Notes under the pieces: model-generated
What the model was told of the DNA's origin: nothing
What the model saw: only the letters and a program-made list of their open reading frames with translations
The model's database searches: none
DNA from: Geosiphon pyriformis uo1
Lineage: Eukaryota > Fungi > Glomeromycota
DNA: 64,000 nt
Assembly: GCA_016748015.1 (NCBI GenBank)
Contig: JAAOMT010000620.1
Span: 675,684 to 739,683, forward strand
Direction of reading: 5' to 3'
Shown: one piece after another, positions 25,901-38,006 of the stretch
Position numbering within the stretch: the stretch's first letter is position 1
How the letters are laid out: each line of letters begins with the position of its first letter
Translations under genes and position numbers: made by a program

Positions 25901-27260
25901 GATAAAAAATCCAAGAAAAAGAGTAGAAATTTAAGAATAGCTTATCAAAAAAGCATAACTGTCAAAATAAATCAGCTATTACACTGAAAAAAAAAATCTA
26001 CAAAAGAAACTATCAATTAAATTTTTGTTTATTATACAAAAAACTTATCCAAAAACTTCAAACTTCAAAATCTTCAGAAATTACTAATATTATTAACTAT
26101 TAAATACTAAGTTATAAATTTGTTATTTGTTTTAACACCCTAAATAATCACTTGTAACAACACCAAATATTATTTTAACATTAATAATAAATACATTCAA
26201 AGACATATTATGCAATATAACAACAGCAAAAAAAAACCAAACTCAGAAATCACCAAAAATTTGGCAATTTTAAAAGTGACAAATAAACAAAACTTCTAAG
26301 TTTAATCAAAAATACAGTTTTTAAAAACTATTAAAAAGCAAATTTCATATAAAAGAGCTTTATATTGTTTTTTATAACTAATTTTGTATTCAAAAAACCA
26401 TATATAAACTAAAAAACAGTCTTAATATAAGCCAATTTAATCTTGAAAGTAGTATTAAGCACCAAAATAGAAATTATTTACTTAATAAATCTTTAATAAT
26501 TAGCAATAGTTTTTTAAGCACTATCAAAAGCAGTACCAGAAAAAATAATAATAATTTAGTTTTTATTTGATTAATTCAGTTCTTAAGAACAAATGACCCA
26601 ACAAAAAATTATTGTTTTGCTTTTAAACCAATAATAACTCATTAATAAACATTATATTTAACAATATAACTAATAATTAATTTTGGCCCATCTTAAATAA
26701 TATGCTGAATAATACTATAGAGATATTATTTAGAATTTTATTTAAAACTACAAAAAAGTTTGGTATAATAATAGCAAAAGCAAATAACTGTTCTCACTTT
26801 TTAAAATTTTAAAATTTTTTGGCCATTTTCAAAAAAATAATACTAATAGTATTAAATATATTAACAATAATTGGAAAAACTAACTTGTTAATTGATCTGT
26901 TATTAAAAACTTTTGAACTTTTGGTAAAAATAGAAACAACACTAAACTAATCCAAATATGTTTTTTTAAACAGATTTTAATTGGTAAAAAACTAGTTAAA
27001 GATAAAAAAAATGTTTTAACAGCCACTAAAAACAGTTTTTTATTATTATTATTTAAAAAAAAAGCTTTTAAAATATTTTGTCTAAATGTTTTTACAATAG
27101 AAAAAACTTTTTTGATTGAAATTTTATTAGATATTTTAGAAAAAATATTAGTTACAACTTTTTTACTCTTTGTTTTAATTGTGATTATAAAATTAAAGAA
27201 ACAAAAAGTTTGATTTAAAATAAAATAAATTATTTTATACATATAAAATAATAAAAATAA
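19930..27260 (-). mobile_element. ORF1-only LINE-derived element, copy A (eroded), split by a Gypsy insertion
   Basis: Segments 20580-21117 and 26160-27190 align colinearly with 28340-29910. Eroded 3' hairpin at ~20019-20039. About 2.3 kb once the insert is removed. Confidence 0.75.
21118..26159 (+). mobile_element. Internally deleted (non-autonomous) Gypsy element, family A: LTR-PBS-gag-PR-start of dUTPase//PPT-LTR
   Basis: LTRs 21118-21903 and 25383-26159. TSD ACAT/ACAC. Eroded PBS tttggtgctttttgtaag at 21904, PPT aaggagaaaataa before the 3' LTR. Colinear with the element at 36848-47261 until a deletion at ~25335. Confidence 0.88.
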
Positions 27261-27679
27261 AGAATATAAATTACAATTAAAAACAAAATCTTAAAAAACA
27301 ATACATAAAAATTAATTAAAATTTTATTATATATATTAATTAAATTCAAAAAATTTTTATAATATATAAAACTCAAATATTATTATTAAATATAATTTTA
27401 TTAAAAAAATCAAGTTATTATATATAAATATTAAACAAATTATTCAAAAAAACAGAAATATTATTTTTATAAACATTTTAAAAAATTCTTTAATTTTTAT
27501 AATAATTATTTAAAACAATACAAAAATTAAATACAAAACTAAAAATAACAGTTAACAAAATAGAAATTTATTATAAAACTACAAATTAAGAAAACAAACC
27601 AAAAATTTAATTAAAACTACTTATTCTTAATTTTATTAAACAATATTTAAAAAATATTATATTATATTTATAAAGTAGT

Positions 27680-29960
27680 AATTATTATTTAATGAGCGAG
27701 ACCCAAACACTACTTAAAACTATAATATCACAGAAAGGATTATATTATAGGTGTAAATTATGCATTTTCTACATGTGATCAGATATTTGGCCCAATCAAG
27801 AACTCACTATGCTAAACCAAAAGTAGATGAGAATAACTCCAACCCATGAATTTTCTCAATAATACCATTCAGATTCCTAGAGTCAAAAATAAACTCACTA
27901 AGAAACAATCTAGTAGATTCAATATTGCTCCTGGTTTTAGCACCAGACATTCACCACAAAGCAATAATATGCTCAATAGTGTCCTCACTTAAAAAGAAAG
28001 ACTTAGCAGCCAGCATACTATCATAATCTATACTACCAAAGTCAACCTCAGATCTAAGACAAGCAATATCCTTAAAAACTTCAACTATGAGGTTAGCAAA
28101 ATTGTTAGCAGCACTCTTCATGAAAATAATATCTTTCTCAACTTGAACAGCCTTAACAACATTATTATCAAGAAGACAAGACACCAAAGCAACCAAAAAA
28201 CCAACAGACTCAACAATAGACTTAACCAGAACAGCCAAATCCGAAATCTGCTTTTCCAAAGAGTCTAATCTAAAACCAACAGCAGAAGCAGCCGAAGAAG
28301 CTACCAAAGGAGGAAACTCAGAAAAACCAGAAAGAGCAGCAGTCTTGACATATGAAGCAGAACCCACAAAATAAGACTTGAAAACCTTGGGAACCTTAGG
28401 GAAAACCTTGTAATCCGCAGCCAGATGACCTACTTCTTGACACCTAAAGCAGTGCCGGCAGCCAGGAGTTTTCTACCAGATACAGCATTTCTTTAGAGTA
28501 CCAGTCTTGACTACAGCAGAATCTAAATTGTTTTGAGAGTCAAATGTAACTAAAGCAAACTGGGAATGACAACCAGAATCAGAAGACTGAAGGATGAAGC
28601 ATGTTTGCCTACCAACTTAAGAAATCATATCATTAATTTCAAAAGCTGTGCAACCAGAAGGAAGATTGACCCAACTTGGCCTTGAACCTATTACAAAACA
28701 GAATGGCCTTATTCTAATTAATAACTGGAAGGATCCTAACACTATCTTTGCCCACCAGAATTAACCAATAATTGAGAGCAGTAGTAACAGCATCCAATTT
28801 TTTAAAGTAAACAACCATGTACTGCCAAACACCAGCAGGCTTCAGTACAACATGGGCAACCTCACCAAATACACCAAGAGCTGTCTTAATATTAGCAGCT
28901 GACACACCCAAGGGTATATCATGCAGCACAACAGCAGCAAAAGAGGAACCAGATTCAAAAACCACCAAAGACTTGGCAATTTTTAGAGTGGCCAAATGAA
29001 CAGAGCTTGTAACTCAACCAAAAACGCAGTTTCCAAAGACTGTTGAGAAGCAAACTCTATACAGAAAAGCTTTATATTGTCTTTTGAAACAGATTTAACA
29101 TCTAAAAAACCATGTACAGACTAAAAAACAGCTTTAACATGAGCCAATTTGATCTTAAAAGTAGCATCAGACATCAGAATAGAGGCCATCCACTTAGCAA
29201 ATCTTTGATAACTAGTAATAGTTTCCCAAGCACCACTAAAAATAGCACCAGAAATTAGAGGAGAAGATATTTCAGTTTCCATTTGATCAGCCCAGTTCCC
29301 AAGAACAGGTGACCCAACAGGAGGAGATTGTTTTGCTTCTAAAACTGGTAATAATCTGTCAGAAGATACCACATTTGGCAACACAGCCAGTAGTTGATCT
29401 TGGCCCATCTTAGATGATGTGCCAGATGATACTATGGAGATCTTATCTAAGATCTTATTGGGAACCACAAAGGGTTTCAGTGTAACAATAGCAGAAGCAA
29501 GTAACTGCTCTCACTTTTCTGAACTTTTGGTCTTTTTGACCATTTTTTTAAAAAGGTGGTGCTAGCAACACCAAGTGTTGAATCTATGGAGGGGAAAACC
29601 AGCTTATTTACTGGTCTATTATTAAAAACTTTTGGGCTCTTGGTTGGGGTGGAGGCAACACTAAGACTAATCCAAATGTGTTTCTTTGAGAGAACTTTGA
29701 CTGGTGAGAAACCAGCCAAAGATGAGAAAATTGCTTCAGTGGCTATCAAAGGCAGCTTATTACGATTATTGGGTAAAGGAAAGGCTTCTAAAACGTTTTG
29801 CCTAGTTGTTTCTACAACAGAGAGAGCTCCTCTGGTTGAAATTTTATTAGATATCTCAGAACAGATATTAAGTACAGCTTTTTTACTTTTTGCTCTGGTT
29901 GTGGTCATAAAATTAAGGAGACAAAGAGTTTTTTGCCAATTTAAAGTAGTAAAAAATTAA
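27680..29960 (-). mobile_element. ORF1-only LINE-derived element, copy B (Gag/ORF1p-like with CCHC knuckle, LINE-type 3' tail)
   Basis: A broken single frame runs from ATG 29908 (MTTTRAKSKK...) to ~27805, with knuckle CFRCQEVGHLAAD(C/Y) at ~28410-28455. It is followed by a hairpin (27777-27797) and the terminal motif TTTGGGTCTCGCTCATTAAATAA shared with the full LINE. No APE/RT sequence is present. Confidence 0.8.
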
Positions 29961-30789
29961 AATAATTTATAAATTATATGTAAAAATAGAAAATTTATTT
30001 TTAAAATTTTTAATTTATAAAAAAAAAGTTTTTTTTTGGATTAATGTTTTAATAAAAGTTTATAATTAAACTTGCTAATACGTTTTTTTAATTTTTAATA
30101 AAAAAACTTTATTTTAAACAATATACCTTAATATAATTAATAAATTATATTATTATTTTTATAAATTTAAGATAATTTATAAATTAAAAATAATATTAAT
30201 TAATAAAATATTTAAAAAAATATTAAGCAAATAAAAAATTATTTATTTAAATATACTTTATAAATTATTAATTATGATTATTCTAATAATGTAAAATCTT
30301 ATTATAAAATATTCAGTCATTTTTATTTATCCAAAAAAATTCAATATTAATAATTAAAACAAATAAATATTTAATTTTATCAAAAGTATATTATGTTTTA
30401 ATAATTAAAAATATTTAAAATTTGTAAACTTTTAATAATTATTTATTAAAAAAAATCAAATATAAAATCGAATTTAAAAAATTTGAATTAGAAAAAAATT
30501 TATTAATTATTTTAATTTATTTAATTAAAAACCTATTTGTTTTACAATTTAAATATTTTATTAATAATAAACAAAAAATAAAATTAAAAAATACACACAA
30601 AATTAATATTAATTTATAATCTATAATATTTAAAAAAATTAATTTTGTTCTTATAATTATTAATTAAATTAACTTAAAAATTATTTTTAAATTTTTACTA
30701 AAAACAATAATACAAATTATTATTAAATTATTATTAATAAACAAAAAAATTAACATTAAAAAAAATATAAAATATATTAAAAATATATT

Positions 30790-33700
30790 TTTTTTTATTA
30801 ATTTTATAAGTACAGTCTATTTATAATTTAATACTATATATTAAATTAAATAATTTAAATTAGACATAAATCACATACTTTTTACTTATAACTAATTATT
30901 TAAGCTAATTAAAACAATATTACAATTTTATTTTGACTAAAACAATACTATTATTACAAATTTGAATAACAAGCTAATAGATAGCAAAAAAAAACAGGAT
31001 TATAAAGTAATAGAAATAATCAAAGAGAGAATTACAATAAAAGAGCAAATTAAATAAATAAAGATTCAATATGCATGATCAATCTTATAAAAATCATAGT
31101 CACAAATCTTTTTTGAAAATTTGAAAGTAGAAAAATAGTCTATAATTGTTAACAAAATAACATTACTGCTATTATTCTATGTTTTAATTTGATTATTCTT
31201 AAAATTAATAACAGGTATCATTGTGTTTTTCAATTGTTTTTTTATTTAATAAATTACAAGAGCAAGCAATTACTTCTCAGACTAATTCTGACAAATACAA
31301 ATCAAAAAAAAAGATAGAATATGTGAATGCTAACAAGTAATTTTTTATTCCAAGATATTTAGATATTTGAAGATAGAAAAAAGGAAATAAGCAATATAAG
31401 AGGAAGTAATTAATAATGAGTTTTATTTTATTACTTTAATCATGTCTTTTTATAGTTAAAAAACTTATTACTTATATAGCTATTGAAAGTAGTTAACAAC
31501 TAGATTAATAACTAGATTAATGATTAGATTAATAATCAGATTAATAATTAAATTAATAATCAAGTTAATAATTAAGTTAATGATTAGGTCAATAATCACT
31601 ATCTAAAAATAAAATGGCTAATTATATAATATTAGTGGTTAATACATGTAATAGCTAATAAAAAGTATAAGTTTTAATTATAATATTATTAATATTAAAA
31701 AAAAATGTGCACAATCTGTATAAACCAAAACATATATTATAAATAATCCAATAATATTACCAAAAAGTTGAAAAAACAAACTTTAAATTACAAAAAACAT
31801 AAAGCCATTACAAATAACAAAATTACTCATTTTTAAGATTGTTCTATATTTAGATTTAATCAATTATATTTTATCACCATAATTTTTACTTAGACTGTAT
31901 ATAAAATTAACAATTATTTTAGCAACAAATTTGGCACAACTAATAATTAATACAGCTTCTATATATTATTTTTTAAACATAATATCTTTGTACAAAGCAG
32001 TATATTATTTAAAAAATATAAAGAAAATATCTGCAAAATATAAAATAAAAGCAAATCTAAACTTAATAAAAAGCATTACAAAGTAATATATAAACCAAGC
32101 AAATTTTTGTGAACAGCTAAACTAAATTTACAAGTAAAAAAGTAATTAAAAAATTTTATTTTACCACAATAAAAACACAAAATGCCAAAGTATTTTTTGT
32201 TGTATAAGTATTTATAAATAGCAACAAATAAATAATAATACAAAGTTTTTATATAATATAAATGCAAATTAATAGTTGATTTACTTATAAAACTAAAAGC
32301 CATATACAAATTAAAATGCCAAACTAAAAAAATTTAAAACCAATTAATATCCTTAATTAAATTTTTTTAAATAATATCAAATTTAATTTGATTTTCTAAT
32401 ATATATAATAAATACTTTTAAAAATATTATGCACAAAATTTTAAACATTATTGAATATCACTATACTATTAGCTAAAATATTTTTTTTTAAACAAAAATC
32501 AAAAGCACCAAACCAGAATAAAAAACAATATTGGTCAGCTTATTTACCCATTCATTTTCTAAAATACTTAAATGATCTTTAATTTTTAATCAAGAGACAA
32601 AAAAATTTTTACTATTATTATAATTCATAATACTATACTTTTCAAGTCAACAATAATTGTAAAAATTTGGTAAAATTATAATTAGCTTAGCTAAGCAAAC
32701 ATCTAAAACAGTCTAACTATCTAAATATATTATTATAATATTAGAAATAAAAATACATTCTAGAACTAACACAATAACTTATAACTTTATCAATATAGAT
32801 AAAGCCAATTTATTAACTTTAATACTTACTGTCAGATTTAAATTTACAAAAAATATAGCTGTATTATATTTTATTTTATACATATTCAAATTTTTTAAAG
32901 AGCCATCTATAAAAATATTAATAATATCTAAATTAGCATCAGAAAAATATTTTTTTAAAACACAATAATTATTAGAATTATAAATATTTAAAAATCAAAA
33001 ATTGTTAATCACTAACTATACAACAAGATAAAAAACAATATTACACAAATAATCTGATTTTAAAACAAATCAATAGAAAATTAGACTCTTAAAATTGAGT
33101 TTTTTTTAATAATAAAAACTTTTTTAATCAAAAATTAACACTTTTTTAATATAAAACTGCTTAACAAAAGCAATATTAAACCTTTTAAATAAGTAAAAAA
33201 CAAAATAAAACATGGATTTTTCCAGAACAAAAAATATTAGAATGCAGCCAAAAAGATAAAATACAAAAAGCAAATAGTTTACAAAAAAAAAAATATATTT
33301 TAGAAAAAATTTTGTTATATTAGTTAAAAAATTATATATTAGACTAACTTTTAACTTAATAAAATATCATAATAAATAATTAAGAAACTAATATAGCATT
33401 TGTAAATCCAAAGATTTATGATCAAATAAATAGTAAAAAATATTATTAATATTAAAAAAATATAATAATGTAACTACTTTATTTTTAGTTTGTTTTTTGG
33501 TCAAAAGTTTTTAAGTTATAAAAAAAAAAATAGTAGATAGTCTTATTAAAAAAATTTTTTAGCAAATTAATCTTTATTTTTAAATTTTTTCTAATTAATA
33601 TATCTTAATTGTTATATATATTTTTAAAGATAAAACCAAACTAAGTTCTATAATTAACAATAGACTAAAGCATAACTAAAATTAAATAAAGAAATTATTT

Positions 33701-34830
33701 ATCCAAAATCGTTTTTTTTAAAACTATTTTAGCAAAAAATTTGACATTAAATAGATTTTTACTAGTCTAAGTTTGAATAATTTTTTTAAAAACAAAAAAT
33801 TTCTAAGTATCTGTAAAATTTATTTTTTTTTATAATAAAAATCAACAAACTATTTATTAAAAATAAAACATTTTGATTTTTTAATTAATAAAGATAATCA
33901 CTATTTTTTTATTGTTAATAAAAATATTATTAATATTAAAAAACTTACTAATAATATCTAATATGTGTTAAGTAATAGGTTAATAATTCTCTATTTAAAT
34001 TATATTATTAATAAAAACACCAGCTATTAAATAATAAATTAATCTAGTCTAACTTTTAATTCTGCCAGTTTTGGCAGTATTAATATAATATTTACATAAA
34101 TGTTTATATTGTTTATTTTATACAAAAAAAATCATAAAAAATCTTTTAAAACAGTAAAAAAAAGATTTTATTCTGGTTCAGATTATTATATATTTGATAT
34201 TTATTAGTCAACTCAAAATTTGTTATGATTTAATTAATTCTGTTATTGTAAATATTACCAAAAAAATTTATAAAACTTTTACATATTTTCATTTAAACCA
34301 AATTATTTTTTAAATAGTGTTAATTAACAAAGTTATAAGTCTTGCACATATTCTATAAAATAAGTCAAATTTTACAACTTTTTTTTAATATATTTTTTAT
34401 TATTAAATTCATTGTAAAAATTAAAAACTAAGTGGTAATACTTTTTAAAACAGAAAAATTGTTATTATAAAAAACATTATATTTGCTATAAATTACAGAA
34501 ATCTTATTTAAAAAAATTTTAAAAGAATTTTTTTGGCAGTTTTAATTAATACAATAGATTTAATATTGGTTTGAACTTTTTTTTACTTGTATAATTTAAG
34601 AATTATAAACATCCAAAATTCTTTCTAAAATTAAAAAATCAATTTATATACCAAATAAAAATTCAAAAAAACCAAAAGCATTTTTTAAACATAAATATTA
34701 CAATACTTTTACAGCTTATTATTAATACTTAACAAATCAGCAGTTTTTTATTTGACAAAAAATATTATTACCAATAAAAATTTGAGTTACTAATTAAGAT
34801 TAAGTTATTTTTATAATTTTTATTATTAAT
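30790..34830 (-). mobile_element. Old, heavily eroded RNase H LINE (ORF2 RT-to-3' end)
   Basis: Eroded RT motif (LQ(D)M.K.Y(D) at ~34330-34365), RNase H-region similarity, eroded 3' hairpin at ~30890-30910 and a T-rich (poly-A) end at ~30790. Confidence 0.65.
30952..31685. mobile_element. Solo LTR (family B), eroded
   Basis: Aligns along its length with the LTR at 59932-60598. TSD CTAT/TTAT. 12-bp tandem array at ~31490-31600. Confidence 0.8.
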
Positions 34831-37150
34831 TTAAATATATTATTGTTTTTTTTTTATTTTTTTTTTATTTTTTAACGAGTGAGATCCAAATACTGTCTAG
34901 TACAATACATCATACAAGTAATCTAAACTAGATGTAAATTATGTATTTTTTATACGTGACCAGCCACTTAGGCTAGTCAGGACAACACTAGATATATGTA
35001 CTGAAACCATGTTACTTATATCTAAAAAGAATAAACAAGATTTATGAAACCCAAAACTAATACCAAAAGCATTTGCAATATCCAACAACCTAATCATACC
35101 AGCTGAAAGCACCAAAAGAAGACCAAAGATTAAAACAAGAACAAAATCATCATGTGGAATTATGCTATTTTTCTCTATAACAGCCTGGTGTTTAACACAT
35201 ACTAGCCAAACATTATTATGAAATGCAAGACAAAACTCATGTACAAAGGCCACAATATTCTGAGCTGTAATCTTAGGGTCTTTAAAAACAGCAACAAATT
35301 CACGATATCATTTCTTGAAAACAAAGCCCTTACACAAAGCTGCACCAACAACAACATTGGAAATGCAAGTAGAAAGCAACTATGAAACACACAAAAAAGA
35401 ATAAAACAAACCTGAACATACCTCCCAAGCAGATGCATGAACTTCCACCAACTAAGCATGACCAGCAGCATCAAATGGACAAAAAAACACATGGTTCGAG
35501 ATCTTAACATCACTGCAGAATAAACATATTACACTGGAGTAACTCCTGTTATAAAGAGGCTTACATACAGCGACTGGAAGATAATAATGCAATGCCTTTA
35601 TAAAATATGTTCGAAGGCCAGCAATCTGAGTACTAATGAAACCAGCAGTCAAATAAAAGTCCAGATGCCACACTGAAGAAGATCTGGACCAATCAACATC
35701 AGCACACAGGCTATCTACCAAGATCCAGAAACCAGAACCAATCTCCCAGCACACATGGTAAATGGATCGGAAAACATCACAAACAAAATGCCTAAAATTA
35801 CCGGACACTATAGTATCACCAGCCATGAAAAAATGTTTATTGATTATGTGAGGAAGGTGCATATTAGAGAACACAGCAGCTTTAGCAAAAACATCAGCAT
35901 GCTTATTGCTCAAGACACCAGAGTGACCTCTAACTTTAACCCAATTAACATCCAAATTCTTGCAATAAATGACATCAGCAATGTGGTGACACTTGATCCA
36001 ACACCAATTTCTAAAATCTGGATGAGTCAATATAGATTCTGATTTGTATGCATCCAAAGCAGTCTGGCTGTCTGTAAACAAGTTGACTGAATGAGAAAAA
36101 GGAACACACTTAAGAGTCAGAGCAATGGCTTGCAACTCTACCATAATAGAAGAAACCAATCCAGACACCTTCACACCCAAACTCAAATCAATGTCCTCAA
36201 AAAAAACAGCAGCACCAGCTTTCATACCAAGAGTACCCAGCCCACTTAGAGAACCATCTGTAAACAAAGAAAGATAACCAGAATCAACTTTCAACAGGTG
36301 ACTATACACAACTTCAAACTCATGAGACTCAAAAATATTGAATAAACCAACATCTGACAACAGAAGATTGCAAGCAAAAGATGACCCAGAATTATTCAGA
36401 AAGCAAACAGAAACATCAAACCAATGAGGAACTGGGCCTCAAGAGTTCAATCTCTTCCACTGCTTAAAAGTTCTCTATTCAAAACAAAACCAGTACGATT
36501 GTAAAGCTGCTTGACAAAGACAATTCTATAACACCAAAGTAAAAAGACACAATTATAAAAAGTGGGCTCACCAAGAATAACAGACATAGAGATTCTTTTT
36601 TGAAAACAAAAAGCATTAGTCATGAGACCACTCAAAGAAAGATCGCACTCCAAAAAAATTTGGACAATGCCAGCCAAAAAATTATTCGAAAGATTAATAT
36701 TAATACAAAAAAAAAAAGCAGGGGTGACAAAAGCGCTAGTTAAAGACCTGCAAGTCATGTAATCTATGTGCAAACAAATGGCCTAATATACTAACAAAAT
36801 TGACAAAACTAATAACAGAAACTGACTTGTCATCAGCCTGAACCTGTTGTTACAGATGATTATTTGGAGTCTTAAAGCAAATAACAAATCCATAACTTGG
36901 TGCTTGGTTGGTATTCTGATATCTGAAGGTTTTGTTGATCTGAAAGTTTTGGTTGTAAAGTTCTTTGTATAATGAACAGAGATTCAATAATTATCTTTCT
37001 AGTAGCCTCCTGTAATCGTAATTCCATCGAATTTTTTTCTCAGCATGATGGCCAGTAATCTTGACAGAGATGCTCTTCTGGTAAGCTATCCTTAAATTCT
37101 CGGTTCTTATACCCTTCTTTTGGAGTCTTTTACCAGACTATCTACAATAT

Positions 37151-38006
37151 TGTTACAAAAATGATTATTTGGAGTTTCAAAGCAAATAACAAATCCATAA
37201 CTTGGTGCTTGGTTAGTATTCTGGCATTGATATCTGAAGGTTTTGTTGATCTGAAGATTTAGTTGTGAAGTCCTTTGTATAATGAACAGAGAGTCAATGA
37301 TTATCTTTCCAGTAACTTTCCGGAATTGTAATTCCATCAAATTTCTTTCTTAGTGTGGTGGCCAGTAATCTTGGTAAAGATGTCTTTCTAGTAAGCTATC
37401 CTTAAATTCTCAGTTCCTATACCTTCTTTTGGAGTTTTTTACCAAACTATCTGCAACGTCAATAACTCAGTGCTTAATCTTCAAGTAATTAGTAAAACAA
37501 AGAAATAACCAAAATAAAAGAAGATAAAGAAATGAATAAAAGCAATTACAAGTTAGTATTCTATCAATAGCCATAATCAAGAGCTATTGTTCTAGTGTAG
37601 TTAAGTATCAATTACTATCAACATGAAGTGTTAATAATAGAGAGTGGAATTAAGATAGAAAATAATTATTTATTGATATTTGTGAATTGAAAAGTCACTT
37701 AGATGAAATCTAAACTGGGAGGTCTGTCTTTTCTACTTCTAATGCTACTGCTATATATACATAATTGAGATTCCTCAATTCCTCAATTCTTTACACCAGG
37801 AATTTTGAAATTCCTGGAATCCTGCAATTCTTTTTGAGAGAAATCCTGGAATTCTGGAATCTTGTGATTCTTTTGTACAAAAATTCTGCAATTTCTGGAA
37901 TTCTGCAATTCCTCTTGAAAGAAATCCTGGAATTCCACATTTACTATAGTTACTTTTAATTAGCTAATTTATATGCTAATATACTTCTTATATTTTATGA
38001 ATAACA
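37151..38006 (-). repeat. 3' LTR of Gypsy family A element (~856 bp), preceded on the sense strand by a PPT
   Basis: TGTTA...TAACA termini, aligns with 46408-47261, purine tract at 38007-38021 on the minus strand. Confidence 0.9.
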
